The position numbers and the translations under genes are program-made. Shown here one piece after another: positions 36,163 to 46,710 of a DNA stretch of 64,000 nt. Below the pieces are notes generated by a model. That model was not told the DNA's origin and did not search any database. It saw only the letters and a list, made by a program, of their open reading frames with translations. Position 1 is the stretch's first letter; the number at the start of each line of letters is the position of its first letter. Source of the DNA: Candidatus Melainabacteria bacterium 17Bon1m (GTDB lineage Bacteria > Cyanobacteriota > Vampirovibrionia > Obscuribacterales > Obscuribacteraceae); NCBI GenBank assembly GCA_032128875.1, contig JAVLKG010000001.1, positions 857,353 to 921,352 of the forward strand. Direction: 5' to 3'.

Positions 36163-38653
36163 TTTTCGGAATTGAGAACTTAAAGGTACTTCCTTTTCCT
36201 TCTTCGCTTTCGACTGAAATCTCTCCTCCGTGCAACTCTACAATTGCTTTGCAGATTGCCAGACCCAGTCCAGAACCGCCTGCTTTAGTATGATCTTGCA
36301 CGCTTACTTGCTGGAATCGGTCGAATATATTTGCGATTTTGTCTTGAGGAATGCCGCGCCCTTCATCCTGGACCCGGATGACAAGGCTGTCATTTATTGA
36401 CTCTGCGCTCAGTCTAATGGAGGAATCACGTGGGGAAAACTTGATTGCATTGGAAACCAAGTTTGTGACAACACGAGAGATTTTGTCTTCATCGACATTG
36501 AAGAGCAGGTCGTCAGAATTGCAGACGATGGAAACGCCGGATTCTGCCGCTAGAGGCGAGAGCGACTGGGCGGTGTGTTCAAGGAGTTTTGCCGCCGAAA
36601 CATTTTCTTTCTCAAGTTCCATCATGCCCGCTTTGATCTTCTCTACGTCCAAGAGATCGTTGATAAGGCTCAGCATTCTACTTGCGTTCCTGTCTGCAAG
36701 TCCCAGCATCTTATTGGCTTTCTCCGTAAGTTCGCCCAGCAATCCGGTAGCGAGCATCTCATGGAAATTTCTAATTGTCGAAAGCGGAGTGCGCAAATCG
36801 TGAGTAATCATTGCCACCACTTCTTGTTTCATGCGCTCAGCTTCTTTACGCTCTGTGATGTCGTGAATGACGCAGAACAGCGCTTTGTCCGCCTCGGACC
36901 AGGTCGCAGACCAGAGCGTGTCGATTTTCTTTCCGTCTTTCCTTACCATTCGTACTTCAATGAGTTCTGGATCGCTTCCAGCCTTGAGTTTTTCGATTGC
37001 TGCAAGAGTTGTTTTTTTATCGTCGGGAAAAACAAGGTCGATGAAGATCTTGCCGAACAACTCATCGGGTGTAAAACCTAGTATGGGTAGTGAAGCAGGA
37101 TTGACCGCGCTGAAGTGTCCGCGCGCATCAATAGAACAAATTACATCGCTGGCGTTTTCAACCACTGCACGTTCCTTCCTTTGTGATTCGGAAAGAGCGT
37201 CAGCCATCGTGTGGAAAGTTCGATCCAGTGCGGCGATTTCGTCGTTGCCCGCAGTTAGCGGGTTCAAAGGTAGATTGCTAGCTAATCTCAGAGCATTGTC
37301 ACCCATGATACTGACGCGCTTTGTGATACTACGAACGGTGAGGGCGATAATGCTTAAGCATGTCAGAATAATTAGGCATTCGGCAATCAGTACGAAATTT
37401 ATTCTGCCTCTGTACCACTCCTGCTGTTTGGCGCTACTGGTCGTTCTTTCCATCTCTTGATTCAGCATCGACATGAGATTGATCGACGATACATCCTTAA
37501 TGTTGTTTTGAACTTGCCTCCAAGATGTTTGACGTGCAGGATTGCTTTCAAGCATCTGGGATTTCCATGTTGTCCATTCTCTATCCAGTTGGCGGTGCAT
37601 GTTCTCCAACAGGCTAAAAACGCGATCGGAAGCGTCTTTGGACGACTGGATGATCGAAAGTTGATCGGGATCTTTGCTGCGCAATTCCTTGAGCATTTCG
37701 AAGCGAAAGTTAACCAGATTGCGCTTGTCCATGTATTTGACAATCAAGTCATCTTCCGCATCAGGAAAAAGCGGATGCACGCGATGTTCTGGTCTATTGT
37801 CGGGGCGCCCTGCTAGCTTGATGTCTGAGAAGATGGATTGAAAGATTGCTGTGTCTATATCTTTGAAGCAGGCATCAATTTCTTTGATAGCGTTCACCAT
37901 CTTCAAAGATTCGACATTTCCCTTTGCCTCCGCATCGCTTTGTTGCTGCAGGTTCTGCAGCAGGGCGGCGAAGCCAATCAGTTGCAATATCAAAATGACA
38001 GTAATCCAGTTGAGACGCTCTGTAATCTTCTTTGCCAGAAGCAGAGCGATTAGCAAAAGGGCAATTGTTTTGAAGCATAAACAGGCGATTTGAATATCAT
38101 TTACTTGATGGGTCAGCTCCGTCTGGTGAAATTTGAGCTTTTCTGCCTGAGTATTTAGATTGCTCCTCAGCTCTTTCAGTTGATCGCTTATAACGGCTAG
38201 CTCATGGTTTTGAACTTGCGCCCATTTCTGATCGACTACATGTTGCTGGTTGAGAGGTACTAATTTGTACTGCTGTGATCTCAGCGCCAGTGTCGCGTTG
38301 ATGTGTTGCATGGCTGTGTCTTTTGCCGTTGCGATCACACTTTGTTTTTCTTTGTCGTTTTCGACCAGCTTTTCGGCTTCTGCGAATTCGGAATTAAGTT
38401 TGGCAATATTGTTTTGAACATCTTGCACATCTGGTGTTTGTATCGGATCGGCACAGGTGGCGACTATGTCCAGTGCGCGACGCGATATGCTGTCGATTTT
38501 ATTGACTAGGGCTGTGCTGTTCGATGCTTGTGCTGCATCGGCTCGCGCGCTCTCGCCAAGTTTGAAAATCGTGATCCAAAACACCGACTCGAAAATGAGT
38601 CCTGCGACAATAAGACCGATAAGTTTTGGAGACAGTTTTTTGCCGATTTGCAC
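36152..38653 (-). CDS. Sensor histidine kinase (two extracytoplasmic sensor modules, HAMP, PAS, HisKA, HATPase)
   Basis: THDLRTPL, NLVSNAIKF, DEGRGIP, GSGLGL; four TMs. Confidence 0.93.
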   Translation of the reverse strand: MQIGKKLSPKLIGLIVAGLIFESVFWITIFKLGESARADAAQASNSTALVNKIDSISRRALDIVATCADPIQTPDVQDVQNNIAKLNSEFAEAEKLVENDKEKQSVIATAKDTAMQHINATLALRSQQYKLVPLNQQHVVDQKWAQVQNHELAVISDQLKELRSNLNTQAEKLKFHQTELTHQVNDIQIACLCFKTIALLLIALLLAKKITERLNWITVILILQLIGFAALLQNLQQQSDAEAKGNVESLKMVNAIKEIDACFKDIDTAIFQSIFSDIKLAGRPDNRPEHRVHPLFPDAEDDLIVKYMDKRNLVNFRFEMLKELRSKDPDQLSIIQSSKDASDRVFSLLENMHRQLDREWTTWKSQMLESNPARQTSWRQVQNNIKDVSSINLMSMLNQEMERTTSSAKQQEWYRGRINFVLIAECLIILTCLSIIALTVRSITKRVSIMGDNALRLASNLPLNPLTAGNDEIAALDRTFHTMADALSESQRKERAVVENASDVICSIDARGHFSAVNPASLPILGFTPDELFGKIFIDLVFPDDKKTTLAAIEKLKAGSDPELIEVRMVRKDGKKIDTLWSATWSEADKALFCVIHDITERKEAERMKQEVVAMITHDLRTPLSTIRNFHEMLATGLLGELTEKANKMLGLADRNASRMLSLINDLLDVEKIKAGMMELEKENVSAAKLLEHTAQSLSPLAAESGVSIVCNSDDLLFNVDEDKISRVVTNLVSNAIKFSPRDSSIRLSAESINDSLVIRVQDEGRGIPQDKIANIFDRFQQVSVQDHTKAGGSGLGLAICKAIVELHGGEISVESEEGKGSTFKFSIPKTRT

Positions 38654-38860
38654 GCTGTTTTCTCAATCGTCTTTTTGCCTTCGGTCTGTACCGACAATAT
38701 CATGTTGCATTTTTACCTAACCTGTAAAAGCCAGTTAAGTGGTTTGAATGACCCTTCACAGGTCTGATAAAGCTGGAATTGCTTACTAAATAAGATATAT
38801 AGGTTGATCACTGTTTTCAGGCGGGCACAATTATTCTGAATATTAAATAGTGGGACCTCG

Positions 38861-40582
38861 TTGATGTACAAACCGAAGCGCCAGGTTCGCCTGGACCCGA
38901 TGAAATATCCGCCCCGTATGAGTGACCTGAGGAATCTTCTTCAGGAAGCCACCGTAAATAAGGGTTGCACCGTTGAACTGCCTTTTGCTGCGATGAACAG
39001 CAAATGGAGTTTGACCGTCAGGTCTGAAATCGGCGGTACGCAGGAGCCCATGTGGACACTATATGAAGGCGAGGGCTCCAGTTCGCGAGTCGTGTGGAGC
39101 ACGCCGTTTGATGACGTTGAGCTTTTGCAGGACGTACTGCACTTGTCACTGCCGCAAGACATTCAGAAGGTTGCGATGCCTCCTGAGGTCGCCGCAGCAC
39201 CAGCCAAAGCCGAGCCCGAGTCCAATGGGCAGCCCGACGCGCCGCACTCGTTTGCCGCGTTCGATAAGTCGAGCGCGCTTATGAAAGAATCGCACACGAA
39301 TATGCTGGCAGCACAGCAGCCGCAAGCGCCTGGGCAACAGCAGATTCCTTCGCAACAACAGCCGCATCAACAACCTATGCCACCAGAACAGCAGATGCCG
39401 CCTGGTTATCCGCAACAAGTGCCGCCTGGTTACCCGCAGCAAATGCCACCTGGCTATCCGCAGCAAATGCCACCTGGCTATGGATATCCGCCAGGTTATC
39501 CGCAGCAGATGCCGCCCGGATATGGTTATCCACCGGGGTACGGCTACCCGCCTGGCTATGGTTATCCGCCGGGTTATCCGCAGCAGATGCCCCCGGGATA
39601 TGGCTATCCCCCAGGATACGGCTATCCTCCGGGCTATCCGCAGCAGATGCCGCCTGGTTATCCGCAGCAACAAATGCCACCAGGTTATCCGCAACAACCT
39701 GGCTATCCTCAACCGCAAGATCCTTCTCAGCCTGCTCAACAAGGTCAGAACTCTGCGTCCGGAACTTACCCTGCACACCAAAATCCTTATGCATCTGGAA
39801 ATTACCCTGCGGTCGATCCTTATGGATCTGGCTCTTATCCTGCGATTGGCGGCGGTGGAAAAGATTTGATCGAGAAGCGTCCCAATTTCTTGTTGGGTCA
39901 TTTCCTGGTTGAGGCAGGCTTGATTCCAGAGCCAACTCTTGATGCTGCTTTGCAGTTGCAGGGAATGGTGAAGGCTGGTTCTCTCAATCCGAAACAAGCT
40001 GGTGAAGCGGTTCGCCGCGCTCACACTCGTGGTGGCAAAGTAGACACGAATACTTTTACAGCAACGCCTGCCAAGAAAGTCGATTCTTCTGAAGTGCAAG
40101 GAACCGCACCACCGCTTGGTCAAGTTTTAATTGAGGCTGGTCTTATAAGTGTGCCCGTTTTGAAGGCTGCTTTGAATTTGCAGGAAGTCGTGCGCACAGG
40201 CGCTCTCACTCGTGAAGAAGCTCTTGAAGCCTTTATTCGCGAGCATTATGGCGTCGACGCGAAGAGCGCGCGCAAAGCCATCGCTAAGAATTCTATGGAT
40301 TCGAAAGTAATCGGCTTGCTTGTGAAAGCAGGGTTGCTCACGGAGCAAGATGTGCAAACCGCTCAGACAGTGAAGAAAAAGCACGGCGGTGATGTGGTCA
40401 AAATTCTGACTGCGGCCGGCAAACTCGATAAGGTCTTGCTTGGTGCGGCGAACCAATGCCACGATCTGATTGAGCAAAAACGGTTGAAGGTTGAACAAGC
40501 TATTATCGCGTTGCACTATTGCGAGCGAATGCGCGTCAGTTTTGACGATGCGGTTGAAGAGATGGGTTGGGAAAAGCCATAA
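38861..40582 (+). CDS. Conserved N-domain + PPGY/Q repeat linker + MshEN-like repeats
   Basis: [12 protein letters not shown]....[20 protein letters not shown]....LKAALNLQ; paralog of 13766..15244. Confidence 0.75.
   Translation: MMYKPKRQVRLDPMKYPPRMSDLRNLLQEATVNKGCTVELPFAAMNSKWSLTVRSEIGGTQEPMWTLYEGEGSSSRVVWSTPFDDVELLQDVLHLSLPQDIQKVAMPPEVAAAPAKAEPESNGQPDAPHSFAAFDKSSALMKESHTNMLAAQQPQAPGQQQIPSQQQPHQQPMPPEQQMPPGYPQQVPPGYPQQMPPGYPQQMPPGYGYPPGYPQQMPPGYGYPPGYGYPPGYGYPPGYPQQMPPGYGYPPGYGYPPGYPQQMPPGYPQQQMPPGYPQQPGYPQPQDPSQPAQQGQNSASGTYPAHQNPYASGNYPAVDPYGSGSYPAIGGGGKDLIEKRPNFLLGHFLVEAGLIPEPTLDAALQLQGMVKAGSLNPKQAGEAVRRAHTRGGKVDTNTFTATPAKKVDSSEVQGTAPPLGQVLIEAGLISVPVLKAALNLQEVVRTGALTREEALEAFIREHYGVDAKSARKAIAKNSMDSKVIGLLVKAGLLTEQDVQTAQTVKKKHGGDVVKILTAAGKLDKVLLGAANQCHDLIEQKRLKVEQAIIALHYCERMRVSFDDAVEEMGWEKP
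39375..39715 (+). repeat. Coding tandem repeats (QQMPPGYP / GYGYPP)
   Basis: Repeated ccgcagcagatgccgcctggttat-like units, synonymously diverged. Confidence 0.85.
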
Positions 40583-40588
40583 CCGTTA

Positions 40589-41422
40589 ATGTCTAATCAA
40601 GAGAAGAAACTTGTCTTTCTTGGTGTCGGCCAGGTCGCTCGCGCTCTGTCTAATATTGTGTTGCATTCTGAGCAGACGTGTAAGCCTGCGAGCAACTTCA
40701 AAATGTATGGCACCACTCGTAGTGCAGAGAGAGTCGCGGAGATTCGTCAGTTTGGAATTGAACCGCTTTTTATTGAATCTTTTGACGATCTGGAAAAACA
40801 ACTCGATGATGCTTTGGTTGTCGTCTCTTTCCCTCCTGATCCCGAATCAGATGATGCGGCTTGCCGCTCTGCCAGAAATGCAGCAGGCATTGTTTATATT
40901 TCTTCCACTGCCGTATATGGAAAGAGAGAAGGTATCGTTAACGAGAACACTGACGTGGAAAGTGAGTCTCCTCAGGCTAAATCACGTCTTGATGCCGAGC
41001 AAAAGTGGCTGCAAGTTGGGGCGTCGATTGTGCGCGCACCAGGCATTTATGGTGGTGGCAATGGAATGCATCTTCGACTTTTGAGTGGAAACTATCGTTT
41101 GCCTGGCGATGGCAGCAATTATGTCTCGCGCATTCATGTTCATGATTTATCGAGCATGATTTTGAGAGTTTTGGAATTAAACAAGCGAGGGCAAATTTAT
41201 CTTGCCGGAGATAATCAACCAACAACGCATAAAGAGATAGTTGAGTGGCTTGTTCAGCGCCTTAATCTGCCGTTTCCCGAATCAATTCCACTCGAACAGT
41301 GTCATTACACTCAGCGGGGTAATCGCCGCGTCGACGCTTCAAATTCAATGAAAGAACTTGGAGTCACATTGAAGTTTCCCACCTACAAAGACGGTTATTC
41401 TCACGAATTGAATATTATGTGA
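40589..41422 (+). CDS. NAD-dependent epimerase/dehydratase (atypical SDR, YeeZ-like)
   Basis: LGVGQVA, GTTRS, YISSTAVYG, R.PGIYG, SRIHVHDL. Confidence 0.88.
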   Translation: MSNQEKKLVFLGVGQVARALSNIVLHSEQTCKPASNFKMYGTTRSAERVAEIRQFGIEPLFIESFDDLEKQLDDALVVVSFPPDPESDDAACRSARNAAGIVYISSTAVYGKREGIVNENTDVESESPQAKSRLDAEQKWLQVGASIVRAPGIYGGGNGMHLRLLSGNYRLPGDGSNYVSRIHVHDLSSMILRVLELNKRGQIYLAGDNQPTTHKEIVEWLVQRLNLPFPESIPLEQCHYTQRGNRRVDASNSMKELGVTLKFPTYKDGYSHELNIM

Positions 41423-41452
41423 TTCTTTGAGTTCAAATATCACCTACCATCT

Positions 41453-42199
41453 CTATTTGTGCAGCTTATGAACTTGCTCTCCTCGTACAGTTTGCATATT
41501 TGAGAAAATGACTTTGTCATTAGCGTCACGCATTTCATAGCCGCCGTTTGGCAACAGCAATTGCGTCGACATTTTTCTTTGCTGCTCATCGAAAGTAATT
41601 ATCTCTCGAGACTTATCTTTGTGTTCTGTCTCTAGCGAAAACAGCTTTCCATCAGCCATACGTGTTGCTCTTGTGATACTCCTGTCCTTCGGGTCTAAAT
41701 ATACATCGACGGTTGATACTACTCTATTCGATTCACCAAGTGTGTTGACCTCCTTAAACCCATTGTTTCCGTTGGGTTTAATTGTTGTCTTAATTTCGGG
41801 TTCTTCCAATGCTGGTCTTACAAGGCGTACTGGCGCAGAATCACGTCCTTCGTTGCGCGATTGGTTTTCTTCCAAACCTAGCATGTGTTTAAACTGTTCT
41901 TTGACACTCTTTATGAACTCGGGAGAGAGCTCAGATACGAATGGAATGTGCTGTCCTATCGAAGGTGCAAATCTCGGGGTTTTCGATTCCAGCGTTTGTG
42001 GTCGCGCTGCTGGATTATCTCCTTTGTCTGGGATGATTTGTAAACCGGGCAAGTGCTCTCTGCTTGTGTTTGGATTGCTGGTGAGGTTCTGCATCTCGGA
42101 TAGTTTTAGCTCAGTAAATGGTTGAGCAAAATTTTGCGTTGGTTTGTCCATCAGCTCTCTTAGCTGAGACATGTTCTCGAAATTGTTGACTTGAACCAT
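41453..42199 (-). CDS. Hypothetical protein with beta-hairpin-rich C-terminus
   Basis: GAGG RBS before ATG 42199; disordered N-half, repeated xxxDG/NG turns in C-half. Confidence 0.6.
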   Translation of the reverse strand: MVQVNNFENMSQLRELMDKPTQNFAQPFTELKLSEMQNLTSNPNTSREHLPGLQIIPDKGDNPAARPQTLESKTPRFAPSIGQHIPFVSELSPEFIKSVKEQFKHMLGLEENQSRNEGRDSAPVRLVRPALEEPEIKTTIKPNGNNGFKEVNTLGESNRVVSTVDVYLDPKDRSITRATRMADGKLFSLETEHKDKSREIITFDEQQRKMSTQLLLPNGGYEMRDANDKVIFSNMQTVRGEQVHKLHK

Positions 42200-42362
42200 T
42201 AGCAAAACCTCGTCGTCGGCAGTGAATCGCAAGCAACTCACCTTTCCGCCAAATCCGCAGCGGGGTGATTGCTGTGTGCCCTAATAACTTACGAATCTTC
42301 TGTGGTCAACGCCGGGCGTATGTGTGGCGAAGTTGTGACGCATTAGAACAACGTGAAGGCCA

Positions 42363-44018
42363 TTACCCTGGAAAGCGACGCTTCGGAGCGTGGAATGGGA
42401 AGGTGAATATGGTATTACCGATTGGTACCGTGATCATCACTTCTTCTTTTCGAGTGTTGAGGTAGAACAGTTGACCTGTTCTCGATTCGAACGGCTCCAG
42501 AGTGACTGGGACTAAGCCGAACGCCCCTTGGTGACGCGAGCGCACGAGGTCTTCTTCGATGACCGCTTGTGCTTGTTCTTCGAGCTCTTCAGGAGAACGA
42601 TTGAGCATAAACTTTTCTGGCGGTAAGATGCGTTCGGTTCCGCCCCATTTGCCATAGATGCCAAAAATATTCGGTCCGCGAAACATGTCGTGTCCTTTTG
42701 CCGGAACAAAACCGCGGACGACTCGTGTCTTTTGAATGTTGGCTAGCCATGGGCGATTATATGTGTAGTCCCACATTGTTCGCTCGCGGCGTCTGTAGTC
42801 GAAGGTGTTTTCTGGTATCAATAGAAACGGTTTGTGCGGTTCTGCAAGTTCGGTAAGATTTGCTTTGCCCAGCCCCAGATCGACACGTTTGTCGCCGATG
42901 TTTGTTATGCAAATGAGCACTCCCAAGATTTCCCAGCAGTCCACAATGGTGCAAGCCACGCGTACTTGATTTGTGGCAAGGTACTTGAGTGGAAAGTCTG
43001 CGTCGGCGAACTCTTGCGACCTGGGACTTCCATCTTCCCACTTGAAGCGCACGCTGCCTTGGATTTTGGGTGGTTGTTCGAAGTTTACCGATTTGTCTTT
43101 GATGCTATAAGAACGCTCGAAATAGTCGCGCGAGCGATTGCGTTTTCCGATTGAGTGATAGAACATCGCCGCATCACGCAGTGCATCGGCAAGATCCATA
43201 GATCGAGTGCCGGGGCTTTGTTCCAAAATCTCGAGACCCTTTTGAAAGTCAGCGTGTGCCTCTTCACTCCACCCCTTCGCACCGGCAATCGCTCCTCGTA
43301 TGACGTAGCTCTCACCAAGGTCGTGATCATGAGGGTCTAGAAGTCTCTTTCTGATTTCCAGCGCTTCTTTAATCAATGGTTCGCCTTTTGCAATCTTCCC
43401 TTGATGAAAAGCCACAGCGGCTGCGCCGTGCAATGCATGCGCGTACTCACGGCTACCAGTTCCATGCAGCTTTTTAGATTGGTCAATGCACTGCTGGTAA
43501 GTCTCCCCTGCGGCAATATACTTCTCGTCGTGGAAGTATGCATCTGCAAGCCCAAGACGCGCTGCGACCAGTTGATCAGGCGTGGCGAAAAGCTTCTTCG
43601 CTTCTTTTATGGCTTCGAGAAATTTGCTTTGAGCCTCTTCATCCGCTCTTATTGCAGAAGCTTTGAGACCCGCGTTCATCAAGCGCTCGAACATGCTGGC
43701 AGTTGACGGCAAAGTCTGTGTTACTGCCGCGGAGGCTGCTTGGGTTGTGCGTTTGGAAACTTGTTGCCCGCCCTCGTCTGCCTTTTCTGTATCTGCTGTG
43801 TCTGAGATGTTCGGTCTATTTGCTGCTTCTGCGCTGTCTTGTTTATCCGTGGTGCCAGAATTTGCTGTACGTTCCGAGCTCGCTGCCTTCTCGGTGCGCT
43901 CCGCCTTCTCTTTTGTATCACCTGCAAAGTCGTCTGCATTTGCAGGCAAGGCGGCGCCGACAAACAGCGCTGCGGACAGCGCGAGGGCAAGCGGTCGTTT
44001 GTAATAACCCTCAGGCAT
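42363..44018 (-). CDS. Exported TPR protein
   Basis: Signal peptide (..LPANA) from ATG 44018, overlapping the kinase stop; KLC-type TPRs. Confidence 0.8.
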   Translation of the reverse strand: MPEGYYKRPLALALSAALFVGAALPANADDFAGDTKEKAERTEKAASSERTANSGTTDKQDSAEAANRPNISDTADTEKADEGGQQVSKRTTQAASAAVTQTLPSTASMFERLMNAGLKASAIRADEEAQSKFLEAIKEAKKLFATPDQLVAARLGLADAYFHDEKYIAAGETYQQCIDQSKKLHGTGSREYAHALHGAAAVAFHQGKIAKGEPLIKEALEIRKRLLDPHDHDLGESYVIRGAIAGAKGWSEEAHADFQKGLEILEQSPGTRSMDLADALRDAAMFYHSIGKRNRSRDYFERSYSIKDKSVNFEQPPKIQGSVRFKWEDGSPRSQEFADADFPLKYLATNQVRVACTIVDCWEILGVLICITNIGDKRVDLGLGKANLTELAEPHKPFLLIPENTFDYRRRERTMWDYTYNRPWLANIQKTRVVRGFVPAKGHDMFRGPNIFGIYGKWGGTERILPPEKFMLNRSPEELEEQAQAVIEEDLVRSRHQGAFGLVPVTLEPFESRTGQLFYLNTRKEEVMITVPIGNTIFTFPFHAPKRRFPG

Positions 44019-45921
44019 TATCTTCTTCATCAACTTCGTCATCATTATCTTCGTCATCGTCATCGTCGTCGAGATCATCGTATCCTGGCGGAGACTCAGG
44101 TAGTTTAAACCAAAACGTACTGCCTTTTCCCTCTTCTGACATGAGCCCTATCTGACCCCCGTGCTGCTCGACAATTGCCTTGCAAATCGCCAAGCCCAGC
44201 CCGCTGCCGCCCTTTTGCGTACGGTCGGGGGTGTTGACCTGCTCAAAACGCTCAAAAATAGATTGATGATATTTTTCAGGGATTCCCGCTCCCCTGTCTA
44301 TTACTTTTACTTCAGTAAGTGACTTGCTGACTGATGTGTCAACCGTTATTTTGCTTTCGGGCGGAGAGTATTTGATGGCGTTGGAAAGCAAATTGACAAG
44401 CACTTGAACCAGCCGGTCAGGGTCTGCGATCAGCTGTGTCGATGTGCCGGTTTTTTCAAGCTTGATGTTCTCGATGTGGGCGAGATTGTGTACAGCGTCG
44501 AAAGCCCGCTCCACAACACGATCCATGTCGGTGTGTTTAAAGTTCATGCGCAAACGCCCAGCTTCCAATTTGTCGATGTCTAGCAGGTCGTTGATGAGTT
44601 TTATCAAGCGTGTAACACTGCGCTCTGCCAGTGCGACGCTCTTCTGTCCTTGCGGGTTGAGGTTGCCGTATATGTCTTCAGCCAGCATCGAGAGAAAACC
44701 TTGTACAGACGTGAGCGGCGACCTTAGCTCGTGGCTGACCATTGAGACGAATTCTTGCTTGATACGTTCGACTTCGCGTCTTTCTGAAATGTCGAGAATG
44801 ACGAGCATGAATCGCGCTCCTTCAAATGCTTCGAATTCATTCACTGATACTTCTACTGGGAATGACTCGCCATCAGCTTTTGCTGCTTCAAGTTCTAGAA
44901 TGTGGTTGCGACCTTTTGTCAATAGTTTTTGCAAAAAGTCCTCGACACTCGAAGCGGCTTCTTTGGGAAACAGCTTTTGAACGGGCAGCCCGGAAAGTGC
45001 TTTGATATCGTATGCGAACATTTTCTCCGTTGCCGGATTGATTGATTCAATTGCGCCTTCTTTGTTTATGATGATCAGCCCAGTAGGCATGGTTTCTACG
45101 ATTGTTCTCACGCGCTTTTCCGATTGCTGTAGGTTTTCCAAAACAGCATGCTCTTTCTCAGCCGCGTCTTTCAATGCCACAGCCATCTCGTTGAAAACCT
45201 TGTCCAAGTGGGCGATTTCATCACCGCCAGGCAGTGGTGGATTGAGTGGCAAACCGCTGGCGAGGCGATAGGTGTTGTCCATAAGAACATTGAGTCGACG
45301 CGCGGTGCCTCGATTGAAGTACACTGCCAGCGAGATTGCGATAATAATATTGAGCACTACGCCAGCCAGAAGAAGTTGTTTTGTTTTCTCCCGCGACTTC
45401 GCTTGTAGTTTGGGACTGAGGTCTTCGATTTTTCGTTCTTCCAAAGCGAGCGTGTCGAACTTCGCCGCCAGCATAGGAATTTTGCTGCGCATTGAATTGA
45501 GGTAGCTGCGCGCCGATGCTTGTTCGCCCGAGTCAATCATTTTTTTGACAGAACGAAAATCGCTCACTGCGCTGTTTAGAAAAGCCTCCAGGTCATCGAC
45601 CTTTCTCTCTTCTTCCTTGTTGCCCGCGACCAGTTGCTTGAGTTCTTTAAAAACTTCGGGAATCAGCTCAGAGGCACGCTGGTAGCGCTGCGCCATCCCG
45701 AAGGTGCCAATCAGACCGTAGCCGGAAATGCCAGCAGCTTGTTGCGTCATCAGCGAGTGCAGTTTGTTCAATTCTTTTGATATGGCACGGGCTCTTGCCT
45801 CTCTTCGCACTTCTCGCTCTGTTTCATTGAGCATTTGATACAGCGTGGCGACGAACCCCAGCTCGAATAGGAGAGGGATAGCTACAAGGATCAGACCTTT
45901 GTGGGAGAGCTTGAGTCTCAC
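44011..45921 (-). CDS. Sensor histidine kinase (CHASE3-like, HAMP, PAS, HisKA, HATPase) with acidic tail
   Basis: SHELRSPL, NLLSNAIKY, DRGAGIP, GSGLGL. Confidence 0.94.
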   Translation of the reverse strand: MRLKLSHKGLILVAIPLLFELGFVATLYQMLNETEREVRREARARAISKELNKLHSLMTQQAAGISGYGLIGTFGMAQRYQRASELIPEVFKELKQLVAGNKEEERKVDDLEAFLNSAVSDFRSVKKMIDSGEQASARSYLNSMRSKIPMLAAKFDTLALEERKIEDLSPKLQAKSREKTKQLLLAGVVLNIIIAISLAVYFNRGTARRLNVLMDNTYRLASGLPLNPPLPGGDEIAHLDKVFNEMAVALKDAAEKEHAVLENLQQSEKRVRTIVETMPTGLIIINKEGAIESINPATEKMFAYDIKALSGLPVQKLFPKEAASSVEDFLQKLLTKGRNHILELEAAKADGESFPVEVSVNEFEAFEGARFMLVILDISERREVERIKQEFVSMVSHELRSPLTSVQGFLSMLAEDIYGNLNPQGQKSVALAERSVTRLIKLINDLLDIDKLEAGRLRMNFKHTDMDRVVERAFDAVHNLAHIENIKLEKTGTSTQLIADPDRLVQVLVNLLSNAIKYSPPESKITVDTSVSKSLTEVKVIDRGAGIPEKYHQSIFERFEQVNTPDRTQKGGSGLGLAICKAIVEQHGGQIGLMSEEGKGSTFWFKLPESPPGYDDLDDDDDDEDNDDEVDEEDNA

Positions 45922-45994
45922 AGCGTACCGATTTATTTGCCGCTGGGATACCGGGATGGTGCGTCGCTTGACGCTCCAAATGTGTTATACCCGA

Positions 45995-46681
45995 TTATGC
46001 TTTGTGCTCTGGCGCGTGGAGCTTGTACCCCACACCGTGAAGCGTTTGAATCACCGACTCTTCACTCTCGCCATCGATTTTTTTGCGCAAACGTTTAATG
46101 CATGTGCGGACGGTTTCTGGTGCAGCATCATTTTCCGAATGCCAGACGCGGTCGAGCAATGCCTCAGCGCTAAACACCTGATTCGGATGGCGCATCAAGA
46201 ATTCGAGCAGAGCAAATTCTTTTGGCAACAGTCTGATGTCGGCACCACATTTGGTGACAGCAAATGTGCGTGGATTCAAGTCGATACCGGCGGCGCGCAA
46301 CACATTGTCTGTGACACTCACAGGGCGTCGAAGCAGTGCGCGTATACGCGCCGAAAGCTCTTTCATGTGAAAAGGTTTCGTCAAATAATCATCGGCGCCT
46401 GAGTCGAGTCCCTGCTCAATCTGCTCGGCCAAGTCTTGACCGGTGAGCATCAGTACAGGGGTCTTACCGCCGTTTTGGCGAAACTTCTTCAATATCTGAA
46501 TGCCGTCATAGACAGGCAACTGCCAGTCCAAAATAATCAAATCGTAGGAATAGATGCCGATGAGTTCTATTGCCTCATCACCCTTAGTTGCTGTTTCAAT
46601 CAAATGATGGTCGTGTTTGAGCCAATCTTCGACGATTTGGCGCAGATCGAGATCGTCTTCAACTATCAGTATTTTTGCCAT
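45995..46681 (-). CDS. OmpR-family response regulator
   Basis: ILIVEDD, IILDW, GADDYLTKPF, KEFALLEFL, HGVGY. Confidence 0.95.
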   Translation of the reverse strand: MAKILIVEDDLDLRQIVEDWLKHDHHLIETATKGDEAIELIGIYSYDLIILDWQLPVYDGIQILKKFRQNGGKTPVLMLTGQDLAEQIEQGLDSGADDYLTKPFHMKELSARIRALLRRPVSVTDNVLRAAGIDLNPRTFAVTKCGADIRLLPKEFALLEFLMRHPNQVFSAEALLDRVWHSENDAAPETVRTCIKRLRKKIDGESEESVIQTLHGVGYKLHAPEHKA

Positions 46682-46710
46682 GACATTTAGCGTTCGTACG
46701 GCAGCTGCTG

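Noticed and set aside
39146-40123. 325-aa antisense ORF (and similar ORFs at 14341-14905)
   Set aside because: Shadow frames of Pro/Gly/Tyr repeats that are naturally stop-poor
44019-44078. Apparent 68-bp overlap of TPR and kinase genes
   Set aside because: The extra Met-rich extension is the alternative frame of the kinase's Asp/Glu tail; the signal peptide starts at 44018
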